From contig CAWDXG010000004.1 in the NCBI GenBank assembly GCA_963806225.1, positions 2,240,001 through 2,304,000 on the forward strand: a stretch of DNA of 64,000 bases, read 5' to 3'. The notes beneath the pieces were generated by a model, which saw only the letters and a list, made by a program, of their open reading frames with translations, did no database searches and was not told the origin of the DNA. Shown one piece after another: positions 25,796 through 35,173 of the stretch (its first letter is position 1; the number at the start of each line of letters is the position of its first letter). Both the position numbers and the translations under genes were made by a program. Source of the stretch: an uncultured delta proteobacterium. Lineage in GTDB: Bacteria > Myxococcota_A > Polyangia > Polyangiales > Polyangiaceae.

Positions 25796-28429
25796 ATGGC
25801 GCGCACGAAGCTCGCCGTGACGCTGGTGGGAGCGTCGATCCTGCGCGAGTCGGAGCTGCCCGGCTTCGAATCGGTGACCGACTTCGCGTCCGTGAGCTTC
25901 AACCTCGCGATCGCCTCGCTCAAGGCCGCCGCGGACGCCGACGCACGGCTGCAGGGGCACGCCGCAATCCGCTTGCTCGACTTCAACGTGGGCTGGGACC
26001 ACCGCCGCCTTGGCGCGCGTGAGGCCGAGGCCGTCGTGGCAACCGCTCCGGATGTGGTCGGCATTTCCTGCTACTGCTGGAACGTCGACACGCTGCTCGA
26101 GCTCGCCGCTGCCGTGCGGGCGCGCCGACCGGAAGCGTTCGTGATCATCGGCGGACCGTCCGCAGGTCCCGTCGCGCGGGAGCTCCTCGAAGCGCACTCC
26201 GCGGTCGACGCCGTGGCCATCGGCGAGGGAGAGAACACCTTCATCCAGCTCTGCGATGCGCTGCTCGAAGAGCGCGACCTGTCGACCGTGCCCGGGATTG
26301 CCTGGCGCGACGCCGGCGGCACGATCGTGGACAACGCGCTGCCCGACGAGCCCGTGGATCTGGCGCGCCTGCCCTCTCCGTACCGGAGCGGCGTGCTCCG
26401 CCCCCAGAGCTTCATGCTGCTCGAGACGAGCCGGGGCTGCCGCTACCGCTGTCGGTTCTGCTCGTGGGCGGGGAACGAGCGCAGCCTGCGCTACGTGCCC
26501 GCCGCGTCCATCGAAGCGGATCTGCGCTGGGCGCTCGAGCATGGCGTCAAGTCGGTCAAGCTCGCCGACACGGCGATCAACTTCCAGACCGAGCGCGTAG
26601 CCGAGCTCGCCGCGGCCATTGAAGCAGCGGACCGCGAACATACGCTCGGCTTTACCTACTTCCTCAAGCCCGAGCTGCTCGACGACGAGCAGGTGGAGGT
26701 CCTCGCGCGCATCCCCACCGACGAGATCATCGTCGGCGTCGAAAGCCTCGGCGATGCTCAGCGCCGTGCAGTGAGCAAGCCGCCGTTCGTGGCCGCCGAG
26801 TTCGAGCGCAAGGTCGAGATGCTGCAGCGCGTGGGGCCGGTCACCACGTCCTTCATCCTGGGCTTGCCCGGCGACACGCTGGAAGGTCTGGAACAGACGC
26901 TGGACTGGATCGTGGACTTCGACGCGCGGCATCCCGACTGGCTGCACGTGATCTGCCTGTTCTGGCTTGCGGTGCTGCCGGGAGCGAGACTCCACGACAA
27001 GCGGCAACAGGCGGGCTACCGGCTCGCCACGGGGGAGACGCCGTACCTGCTCGAGAGCGCGGAGCATTCGCCCGACGACCTGCTGGTCATGGCGCGCCGG
27101 TCCGTCGAGCGCCACTACCGTCATCCCAAGCTGCGGGTCGAGTACTTCCAGAAGGACTACCTGATGCAGGACGCGCCCGAGGCAGATCGCCGTGTCGCGA
27201 TCGCGCGGCGCGCGCACGACTCGCGGCGGCGCGCCCTGCTGCTGGGCGCCGTGGACGGCGGCGGCGGGCGCCGCGACGGGCTCCGCCCCTGGTGCCTGGA
27301 GACGGCCCAGCTCAAGGCCTACGCCGAGACGAGCCGCGAGGTACGGCAGTCATGGATCCTGGAGCTCCACGATGTGCCGGAACCCCCGCGCGGCACGACG
27401 CTCGGCGACGACGAGATTGACGACATCGTCGCGCGCGATCCGGAGCTTGTGGTGTGGTGCTCGGCCGGCGCGCATCCCGAGCGCGCCGAACGGAGCCTCG
27501 AAGCGCTTCGCGCCCGCCTCCCCGACGCAACGCTGCTCGTCGGAGGGCGCGGCACCCGGCGCGCCGGCACGGCGCAACTTCGCGCGGCGGATCACATCCT
27601 GCTCGATGACGCGGAACCAGCGCTCCGTGAGCTGCTGGAAACCGGGCGCGTGCCCGCACCCACGCTGCTCGCCCATCTCGACGAGATCCCGTCGCCCTAT
27701 CAGTGGGGCTTCGTGCAGAAGAGCGGACCTGCGATCAGCATGCGCCTGGGTCGCGGCCGGCGCTACCACGGCCCGGCGCGCGTCTACGCCGACGTGCGCT
27801 GGGCCATCGAGCAGCGCCACGAGAAGATCGTCTGGCTCGATGGCAGCCTGCCCGACGACCGCGAGGTGCTCGCGGCCTTCGTGTCGGCCGTCCGCCGCGC
27901 AGATCCGGACGGACGCGTGCGCCACAGCTACCAGCTCGGGCCCCAGGCAACGAGCGAGGCGCACCTCTCGCTGCTCGCCGGGCTGCGGGGCGCAGAGATC
28001 CGCGTTGCAGGCGCCGTCGACGCGCGCGCGCTGCACGAGCTCGCGCGGAGCGGAGCGCGCGTGATCCGTGTCGAACCGTGGTTGCAGGCGCGGACGCTTG
28101 CGGCGCTGCTCACTGACTGGCAGCGCGACGTTGAAGGCTGGACGCTCCAGGAGATCGTGCCGGGCGCCACGGCGGCGGGCGTCGCCCGGCTGCGCTTCGC
28201 GTGGCGTCAGGGCGGCAACGCCTGGCTGCTGATCGGACGCCGGCGCGGCGCCGGCAGCGGCTACCGCACCGGACTCAGGCTCGACCAGCGAGGCCCGCGG
28301 CCACCGATGCCGGCGCTCAAGCGCCTGGTCTGGCTCGTGCAGAGCTCGCTAGAGAAGGGAGAAGCACGCATTCAGCGTTCGGCGCGCGGCGCGCGAGCGC
28401 CCGTCAGTGCGGCGCGTCCGGAACGGTGA
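25796..28429 (+). CDS. B12-binding radical SAM protein fused to a degenerate second B12/rSAM copy and accessory domain
   Basis: GISCYCWN, IGEGE, ETSRGCRYRCRFC, LGLPGDT; second half repeats LKAYA..DPELV..VGGR..LDEIPSPY..LGRG with the Cys loop missing. Confidence 0.85.
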   Translation: MARTKLAVTLVGASILRESELPGFESVTDFASVSFNLAIASLKAAADADARLQGHAAIRLLDFNVGWDHRRLGAREAEAVVATAPDVVGISCYCWNVDTLLELAAAVRARRPEAFVIIGGPSAGPVARELLEAHSAVDAVAIGEGENTFIQLCDALLEERDLSTVPGIAWRDAGGTIVDNALPDEPVDLARLPSPYRSGVLRPQSFMLLETSRGCRYRCRFCSWAGNERSLRYVPAASIEADLRWALEHGVKSVKLADTAINFQTERVAELAAAIEAADREHTLGFTYFLKPELLDDEQVEVLARIPTDEIIVGVESLGDAQRRAVSKPPFVAAEFERKVEMLQRVGPVTTSFILGLPGDTLEGLEQTLDWIVDFDARHPDWLHVICLFWLAVLPGARLHDKRQQAGYRLATGETPYLLESAEHSPDDLLVMARRSVERHYRHPKLRVEYFQKDYLMQDAPEADRRVAIARRAHDSRRRALLLGAVDGGGGRRDGLRPWCLETAQLKAYAETSREVRQSWILELHDVPEPPRGTTLGDDEIDDIVARDPELVVWCSAGAHPERAERSLEALRARLPDATLLVGGRGTRRAGTAQLRAADHILLDDAEPALRELLETGRVPAPTLLAHLDEIPSPYQWGFVQKSGPAISMRLGRGRRYHGPARVYADVRWAIEQRHEKIVWLDGSLPDDREVLAAFVSAVRRADPDGRVRHSYQLGPQATSEAHLSLLAGLRGAEIRVAGAVDARALHELARSGARVIRVEPWLQARTLAALLTDWQRDVEGWTLQEIVPGATAAGVARLRFAWRQGGNAWLLIGRRRGAGSGYRTGLRLDQRGPRPPMPALKRLVWLVQSSLEKGEARIQRSARGARAPVSAARPER

Positions 28430-29963
28430 TCCAGCGCGCGAGCCCGCACACGACGCCCATCACTGCATAGCCGGCCGCCCACGGCCAGGCCGGCGCGAGG
28501 TGAAGCGCGGTGTCGCCGGGCGTGAAGACGTACGAGTGCATCAGACCCGCAGCCGACAGCGCCGCGCCGGCAAAACACCAGCCCGCTGCGTGGAAGAATT
28601 TCTTCTCGATGATCGCCACCGTCGCGCCGGCGAGGATCATCGCGGTGAAGATGAAGCCCTGTTCCAGCGCGAACGCCCCGGCGATCCAGGTGTCCGAGCG
28701 CTGGAACGCGGCGATGAGCGCTTCGGAGAACACTGGGCCGCCGGGCGCGCCGTAGCCCGCCGCGCGCAGCCCGTTCTTCGCCATCAGCGCGCCCCACGCC
28801 GCCAGCCCTGGCAGGATGCCGATGACCACGGCGGGCGCGTGCTCGCGCGGCGTCGCCTGGAACGCCTGCGCGCTGATCACGATGCCGATCCACAGAACGA
28901 TCGCCATGCCTGCGTCGACCGGAATGGCCCAGGCGATGTGCGCCAGCGTTCCGGTCAGGCACACGGTGGTAAAGAACGCCGCGTTCAGCACCGAGTAGCC
29001 CGCCCGCGCGCCGAGCGCCTTCCAGCCGGGATGCCCGATGTAGATGGTGGTGGGGAAACACGAGCCGAACAGCGCAGCAGCCAGCGTGCCGACGCCGTTC
29101 ACCGCCAGCGACGGCGCCGTCTCGAAGCGATCACCGGCCGCCTCGGCGGACTCGATGTTCTGCAAGGACCCGATCAGGTTGAAGAGCCCCATCGGCACGA
29201 TGACGGACAGGTACGTGAGTCCGTAGCCGCTCCGCAGAGCCGCCACCAGATCGCCCACGACCGGGATCGGGAGATGGAGCCCCGCGTGCGCGCCGGCCAG
29301 GCTGGCACCCGGTGCCAGCCCGGTGAGCCAGGCGATCGCCGTGCCGAGCGCAACAGCGACTAGCCCGCCCGGCAGCCCGCCGCGGAAGCGCACCTGACCG
29401 AAGTACGTCAAGAGCACGATACCCAGCGTCGCCATGCCCACGAGCGGGTGCGCGTAGGTCCTGAGCAGGAAACCGAGCGAGATGAAGCCGAGCGCGATGC
29501 CCGCCAGCGTGGAGAGAAGTGCCGCCCGGGGGGTAATGCGCCTCAGCCGCTCGGCGAAAAAGGCTCCGGACAGCTCGATCAGCCCCGAGCCCATGCAGGC
29601 GACGAGCCCCGCCTGCCACGCAGCGCGCGCGGGATCCGCTGCGCCTGCGTGCTCGGCCGCCAGCTTGGCCGGCAGCATCACCAGGAAGACGTACGCGAAC
29701 AGCGAGACGGTGTTGATGCCGTAGGGCAGCGCGCACACGTCGTCGCGCCCGGCCGCGCGCGCCACGCGGATGGCCTGCCGCGAGTAGTACAGGTTGCCAA
29801 CCAGCAGCGACACCGCGATGCCCGGCATGACGTGGCCGTAGAGCAGCGCGCTGTCGAAGCCGAGTACATGCCGGCACAGGGCGTCGACCAGCAGCAGCTG
29901 GACCAGGTTGTCCAGCGCCAGGCCGAAGAACCCGTCGATGTCCCCACGCACGAACCAGCGCAT
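28404..29963 (-). CDS. NCS2/AzgA-like nucleobase permease
   Basis: GDIDGFFGLALDN, ALPYGINT, QNIESAEAAGD, FPTTIYIGHPGWK; many hydrophobic segments. Confidence 0.85.
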   Translation of the reverse strand: MRWFVRGDIDGFFGLALDNLVQLLLVDALCRHVLGFDSALLYGHVMPGIAVSLLVGNLYYSRQAIRVARAAGRDDVCALPYGINTVSLFAYVFLVMLPAKLAAEHAGAADPARAAWQAGLVACMGSGLIELSGAFFAERLRRITPRAALLSTLAGIALGFISLGFLLRTYAHPLVGMATLGIVLLTYFGQVRFRGGLPGGLVAVALGTAIAWLTGLAPGASLAGAHAGLHLPIPVVGDLVAALRSGYGLTYLSVIVPMGLFNLIGSLQNIESAEAAGDRFETAPSLAVNGVGTLAAALFGSCFPTTIYIGHPGWKALGARAGYSVLNAAFFTTVCLTGTLAHIAWAIPVDAGMAIVLWIGIVISAQAFQATPREHAPAVVIGILPGLAAWGALMAKNGLRAAGYGAPGGPVFSEALIAAFQRSDTWIAGAFALEQGFIFTAMILAGATVAIIEKKFFHAAGWCFAGAALSAAGLMHSYVFTPGDTALHLAPAWPWAAGYAVMGVVCGLARWITVPDAPH

Positions 29964-30090
29964 CGCGGGGCGAGCCTAGCCCGACCGGTGCGGCCGCAAA
30001 ATGACGATCGCGGCCTGGGCAATGGCCGCAGCTACGCCGGGCCGCTCGCGCCTGGACGGCGCGAGCACCCGGCGTGACCACGACGCTGCG

Positions 30091-33000
30091 TCATCCGACG
30101 ATGACGCACTTGTTGCTGCTGCACACCGCGCCGCCGCTGCACGTGCCGCAGTCGAGCGAGCCGCCGCAGCCGTCCGGATAGAACCCGCACTCTGCGTTCG
30201 CCTTGGTGCAGTCGGTCGGGACGCACGTCCCGGTCGGACAAGCCGGGCACTGCAGGATCCCGCCGCAGCCGTCGCCCTGCGGACCGCAGCGGCCGCCGCA
30301 GGTGAGCGGAGTGCAGCTCGGACCGGTGCAGGTGCCGCAGTCGATGGTGCCGCCGCAGCCATCACCCTGCTGCCCGCACACGGGGCCGAGCTGTGCGCAG
30401 GTCAGCGGCGTGCAACCGGTCCCGCCGCACTGGCCCGGCGTGCCCCCGCCACCGCAGGTCTCCGGCGAAGTGCACGAACCGCAGTTCAGCGTGCCGCCGC
30501 AGCCGTCCGACCAGTAGCCGCAGTTCTTGCTGATCTGACCGCAGTTCGTAGGCGTGCAGCTCCCGGAACCGCACTGTCCCGGCGTGCCCCCGCCGCCGCA
30601 GGTGTCGGGCGACGTGCAGGTGCCGCAGTTCAACGTGCCGCCGCAGCCGTCGGACCAGGAGCCGCAGTTCTTGCCGAGCGCGTTGCATGTCGTCGGCGCG
30701 CAGCTGGAGCCGGCGCACTGGCCGCCCGTGCTGCAGACCTGGCCCGACGGGCAGGTGCCGCAGCCTCCAGAGATGACCCCACCGCAGCCGTCGGGTGCCG
30801 GGCCGCACTGGATGCCCTGATCCGCGCACGTCAGCGGCGTGCAGGTCGGCGGAGGCTGCGACTCGTCGCAGACCGGCGACGACAGGTCGAAGAACATGAA
30901 CTCGAGCGCCTTCTCCTGGGGAGTCATGCCCGTCGACTTGCACTCGGTCGGGAAGGTCGACCCCTTGTCGCCCGTGGAGACGTGGATGTCGCTGAACACA
31001 AAGCGCCCGCACTGGTCTTTCGGCTGCGCGTTGATGGGCGCGTTGAACGAGAAGTACTGCGGGACGTCGTTGATGTTGACGTAGGTCCCCGTGGTGTAGT
31101 CCCCCCACTGCTGGTTGGCCACGTGGATCCACTGCGTGGCGAGGCTCGAGTTGAACGTGCCGTCCTTGACACTGTCACGCGGCTGGACGACCGAGAGCTG
31201 CCCGTACGTCGTCGAGCCACCCACGTTCATGAGCCACTGTGCCATGGTCTGGCCCTTCGGGAAGCTCGTCACGATGGATTCGGTGGCCTGCTGGCCAGTA
31301 GTCGCCGGGGCGATCAGGTCAGCGTTCCACTGCGCGATCGAAGGCCAGGGGCTGGGACCGTTCTGTAGCCAGTAGTAGTGGTAGTGGGAACCGAACACGC
31401 GACCGCCACTGTCGACGTAGTCGTGCATCGCCTGCAGCGCGGCCGCCGTCTTGTAGGGCGAATTGTCCCACTCGGTGGGGAACGTGTTCCCTTCGCACCC
31501 GAGCAGCACCACGTTGTACTTCATCAGGCTCGCTTTGCTTGCCCACAGCGTCTTCGAATCCGGGAAGGACGTTCCGCTGCCGTACTTGCTGGCAGCGTCG
31601 TACTGCTTGTTCGGGCCGTTCGGGTACTGGGGCTGACCGGCGAACAGGTTCACGCGGCCGCCGCCACCGGGGTTGGTGAACTCGCTGTCGGAGATGCCGA
31701 TCTTGCGGAGCAGGCACTCGAGCGAGTCGGCACCGCCGGTGCTGAGCGCGATGAGCGGGATGTCGCCCTGGCTCTGGTTCTGCGGCAGATGGGTGAGCGC
31801 AGTGGCAATAGCCGTATCGACGCACTTGGTGGTGCTGACCGTGATCTGCCGGCGCCAGCGGCCGATCTGGATCACCACCGGGATGTTGTTGCCGACCGGC
31901 ATGTTGCCGAGCTTGAAGTGACCGTTGGTGTCGGTCAGCGTCGTCACGAGCGGCAGGCCCGTGAGCGCAGCGCTGCACTTGTCGCAGGTTGCGCCGTCGG
32001 TGAAGGCCGCGGGCGTGCCGTTCGGAACGTACACGTACACGTTCGGCAGAGGCCTCAGGCCAGCCGGGTCATTGACCGTGCCGCTGATCGAGGTGGTGCC
32101 GCTGGAGCATGTGACCTGCTGGCACTGCAGGTTGACGCAGGTCGACGAGTTGCCGCACAGGTTGGGTCCGCCGCCGCCGCAGTACTGGCCGGACGGGCAG
32201 CCTCCGCAGTCCGCCGTCAGGCCGCCGCAACCGTCCGACTGCTGGCCGCAGGTGCCCGACGGGAAGTCCGAACAGACCTTGGGCGTGCAGGCCGGCGCAC
32301 CGCCGCAGACATTCGGCGTCCCGCCGCAGCCGCAGCACTGCGGCGCGGAGCAGGTGCCGCAGTTCGCCGTCAGACCGCCACAGCCGTCGCTCGCCACGCC
32401 GCAGGTCGCCCCTACCTGCGCGCAGGTCTTCGGCGTGCAGGTCGGAGGTGCGCCGCCGCACACGTTGGGCGTGCCGCCGCCGCCGCACACGTTGGGTGCC
32501 GTGCAGCTGCCACAATCCGCCGTCAGGCCGCCGCAGCCGTCCGACTGCTTGCCACAGGTGCCCGACGGGTAGTCCGCGCAGGTCTTCTTCGCGCAGACCG
32601 GCGTGTTGTTGCCGCACACGTTCGGCTTGCCGCTGCCGCCGCAGATGTCGGGCGAGGTGCACGTGCCGCAATCCACCAGGCCGCCGCAGCCGTCCGCGAC
32701 CGGCCCGCAGTCGTAGCCCATCTGGGCGCAGGTCTTCGGCGTGCAAGCCGGCTTGCCGCACTGGTTGGGCGTTCCGCCGCCACCGCAGGTCTCGGGCGCG
32801 GTGCAGCTGCCGCAGTCGATCAGCCCGCCGCAGCCGTCGCCCTGCTGGCCGCAGGTTGCGCCCAGGTCGGCGCACGTAAGCTTCGTGCAGGGGCCGGTGC
32901 CGCACTTGCTCGCGCCTCCGCCACCGCAGTAGTCGGGCGAGGTGCAATTCCCGCAATCGATTGTCGAACCGCAGCCGTCGGACTGGACGCCGCAGTCGAC

Positions 33001-33231
33001 GCCGAGGTCGGCGCACGTCTTCGGCGTACAGGTCGAACCGTCGAGGTTCACGCCACCGTCGGTGGGCGGCGTCGAGCTGTCGTTGCCGACACTGCCGTCT
33101 GTACCCGTACCGGAATCGCCCGCGTCGGGATTGGGCTGGTTGCCGTTGGCATTGTTCGAACCGCTGGCAGCGCAGCCCACGATCGCAAAGAGCGCTACCG
33201 CAAGTGCGGCAGCGCGAGCAAGACGAGACAT
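30091..33231 (-). CDS. Large Cys-rich repeat lipoprotein with central carboxypeptidase-regulatory-like domain
   Basis: Lipobox AIVGC; 6+6 repeats CTPxTC..CG..DGCG(G/S)..CGxC around SISGTVNDPAG..LPNVYVYVP...ALEFMFFDLSS. Confidence 0.82.
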   Translation of the reverse strand: MSRLARAAALAVALFAIVGCAASGSNNANGNQPNPDAGDSGTGTDGSVGNDSSTPPTDGGVNLDGSTCTPKTCADLGVDCGVQSDGCGSTIDCGNCTSPDYCGGGGASKCGTGPCTKLTCADLGATCGQQGDGCGGLIDCGSCTAPETCGGGGTPNQCGKPACTPKTCAQMGYDCGPVADGCGGLVDCGTCTSPDICGGSGKPNVCGNNTPVCAKKTCADYPSGTCGKQSDGCGGLTADCGSCTAPNVCGGGGTPNVCGGAPPTCTPKTCAQVGATCGVASDGCGGLTANCGTCSAPQCCGCGGTPNVCGGAPACTPKVCSDFPSGTCGQQSDGCGGLTADCGGCPSGQYCGGGGPNLCGNSSTCVNLQCQQVTCSSGTTSISGTVNDPAGLRPLPNVYVYVPNGTPAAFTDGATCDKCSAALTGLPLVTTLTDTNGHFKLGNMPVGNNIPVVIQIGRWRRQITVSTTKCVDTAIATALTHLPQNQSQGDIPLIALSTGGADSLECLLRKIGISDSEFTNPGGGGRVNLFAGQPQYPNGPNKQYDAASKYGSGTSFPDSKTLWASKASLMKYNVVLLGCEGNTFPTEWDNSPYKTAAALQAMHDYVDSGGRVFGSHYHYYWLQNGPSPWPSIAQWNADLIAPATTGQQATESIVTSFPKGQTMAQWLMNVGGSTTYGQLSVVQPRDSVKDGTFNSSLATQWIHVANQQWGDYTTGTYVNINDVPQYFSFNAPINAQPKDQCGRFVFSDIHVSTGDKGSTFPTECKSTGMTPQEKALEFMFFDLSSPVCDESQPPPTCTPLTCADQGIQCGPAPDGCGGVISGGCGTCPSGQVCSTGGQCAGSSCAPTTCNALGKNCGSWSDGCGGTLNCGTCTSPDTCGGGGTPGQCGSGSCTPTNCGQISKNCGYWSDGCGGTLNCGSCTSPETCGGGGTPGQCGGTGCTPLTCAQLGPVCGQQGDGCGGTIDCGTCTGPSCTPLTCGGRCGPQGDGCGGILQCPACPTGTCVPTDCTKANAECGFYPDGCGGSLDCGTCSGGAVCSSNKCVIVG

Positions 33232-33469
33232 ACGAGCATTCTCCCCGGGGCGACGCCCCCGTGCACCATTATCCGGTGCGGCAAGTCCGACCGCATGTAC
33301 GCGAATGTGGGTGGCTCTGCAAGACTCGGCGGGGCATTCACGTGAGAGCGGAATGGCGCGCGACGGCGCGCGGGAGGCGGGTCGAGCCAGTGCTCGCGGG
33401 CCCGGAAGACCCGGATTGCGGCGCAAGAAGCGGAGTGTCGGGTGTCGCACGCGGAGCTAGCCTGGTCTC

Positions 33470-34573
33470 GTGACGCAACGCAGTAGTGCAGCACGGGCGC
33501 GCGCCGCTCTCGTCGAGAAGGACGAACGCTGGACCGCCATACAACTCCGCGATCCGCGCGCCGCGTTCCTCTATTCGGTCGTGACGACAGGCGTGTACTG
33601 CCGCCCGGCGTGCAGTGCGCGGCGCCCGCGGCCCGAACACGTCGCGTTCCATGCGAGCGCGGCCGCCGCCCAGCGCGCTGGCTTCCGTGCCTGCAAGCGC
33701 TGCCGCCCCGATCAACCCCCGGCTGACGAGCGCCGGGCGGCGCAGATCGCAGAGCTGTGCCGCCTCATCGAACAGAGCGACGAACGGCTCTCGCTCCACG
33801 AGCTCGCCGGACACGCCGGGCTGAGCCCCTTCCACACCCACCGCCTGTTCAAGTCCGTCACCGGCGTCACTCCGCGCGCCTACGCCGAGGCGTGTCGCGC
33901 CGGGCGGCTGCGCCGCGCGCTCGGGAGCGAGCGCAACATCACCGACGCGATCTACTCGGCCGGCTTTGGCTCCTCGTCGCGGTTCTACGAGAAGGGTGAC
34001 GGGCTCCTCGGCATGACCGCGAGCCGCTACCGCTCCGGCGGCGCGGGTCTCGAGATCCGCTTTTCCAACGGACGCTGCTCGCTCGGTTCGATCCTGGTCG
34101 CCGCCACGGGGCGCGGCGTGTGCGCCATACTGCTCGGCGACGACCCGGCAGAGCTCGCCGGCGATCTCGAGCGGCACTTCCCCCGCGCCCGACTCGTGCG
34201 CGGCGGCATCGGGTTCAACAAGCTCGTCGCCGAGGTCGTCACGAGCATCGAGGATCCGGCGCGCGGCAGCGCGCTGCCGCTCGACATTCAAGGCACCGCC
34301 TTCCAGCAGCGCGTCTGGAAAGCGTTATCGGAAATCCCCGCCGGCACCACCCGGAGCTACGCCGAGGTCGCGCGCTCGCTGGGCTCGCCGCGCGCAGCCC
34401 GCGCGGTAGCCCGGGCCTGCGCCCGGAATCCGATCGCTGTTGTCATCCCCTGCCACCGCGTCGTCGCTAGCGACGGCAAGCTGACAGGCTATCGCTGGGG
34501 CCTCGAGCGCAAGCGCGCGCTGCTCGAGCGCGAAGCGAAAGTGCGACTACCGAAAAGTGGAAAGCGGCGCTAG
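33470..34573 (+). CDS. ada: Bifunctional transcriptional activator / O6-methylguanine-DNA methyltransferase Ada
   Basis: GVYCRPAC and GFRACKRC Zn sites, AraC-type HTH, IPCHRVV active site. Confidence 0.95.
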   Translation: MTQRSSAARARAALVEKDERWTAIQLRDPRAAFLYSVVTTGVYCRPACSARRPRPEHVAFHASAAAAQRAGFRACKRCRPDQPPADERRAAQIAELCRLIEQSDERLSLHELAGHAGLSPFHTHRLFKSVTGVTPRAYAEACRAGRLRRALGSERNITDAIYSAGFGSSSRFYEKGDGLLGMTASRYRSGGAGLEIRFSNGRCSLGSILVAATGRGVCAILLGDDPAELAGDLERHFPRARLVRGGIGFNKLVAEVVTSIEDPARGSALPLDIQGTAFQQRVWKALSEIPAGTTRSYAEVARSLGSPRAARAVARACARNPIAVVIPCHRVVASDGKLTGYRWGLERKRALLEREAKVRLPKSGKRR

Positions 34574-34623
34574 CTCACAACCCCGAGCGAGACGAATCCG
34601 GCGCGCGGCGGGGCGGTTCCGCT

Positions 34624-35079
34624 CTACACCTTGAGTCGCGTGCCCGAGCTCACGTCCGTACCGCCGTGGATGGTCAGGTTGCCAGCGGAGTCGGCGGAAA
34701 CCGCGAAGTGCTGGAGCGAGCTGTGGGCGGGGCCGCTCTGGACGTTGCCGTCGGCGTCGAAGCGGCTGCCGTGGCAGGTGCACAGGACGCCGCTCGACGA
34801 GACATTGCCGTTGATGGCCATGTTGCAGCCCATGTGCGTGCAGGTCAGCGTCATCGCATAGACCCCGTTCTTGTCGCGGCCGATGCACACCGGCGACGAG
34901 CCGAGCGCGTGCAGGCTTCCGACGGGGAGGTCGGCGACGTTGCCGGCCGGCACATCGCCGACCTGGGCCGGCGCGGTGCCCCCGGGGCCGCCGCAGTTGG
35001 CGAGAACCGGCAGGGTGGCACCGGCTGCAAGCACTTTAAGGAAGTGACGGCGTGTTGCGCCGCCTGCCTTTCTACTCAT
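34624..35079 (-). CDS. Tat-exported Rieske [2Fe-2S] protein (possible lipoprotein)
   Basis: TRRHFLK twin-arginine motif, LANC, CTHMGC and CTCHGSRF. Confidence 0.9.
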   Translation of the reverse strand: MSRKAGGATRRHFLKVLAAGATLPVLANCGGPGGTAPAQVGDVPAGNVADLPVGSLHALGSSPVCIGRDKNGVYAMTLTCTHMGCNMAINGNVSSSGVLCTCHGSRFDADGNVQSGPAHSSLQHFAVSADSAGNLTIHGGTDVSSGTRLKV

Positions 35080-35173
35080 GCAGGATCCTTGTTGCGGTTG
35101 TCTCGAGCATCGTTCGATTTCCGCCCGCCGGCGTGCCCGCCTTCAAAAAAAGAATCCGGAGCCCAGCCGCTGG

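Noticed and set aside
24752..27217. Long antisense or alternate-frame ORFs (also 31378..33345, 38431..40479, 42085..44418, 55488..57416)
   Set aside because: Shadow ORFs typical of high-GC DNA; they overlap well-supported genes and have no motifs
30091..33231. Cys-rich protein as RiPP precursor for the rSAM cluster
   Set aside because: Large secreted lipoprotein with a disulfide-type pattern, separated from the cluster; no supporting evidence
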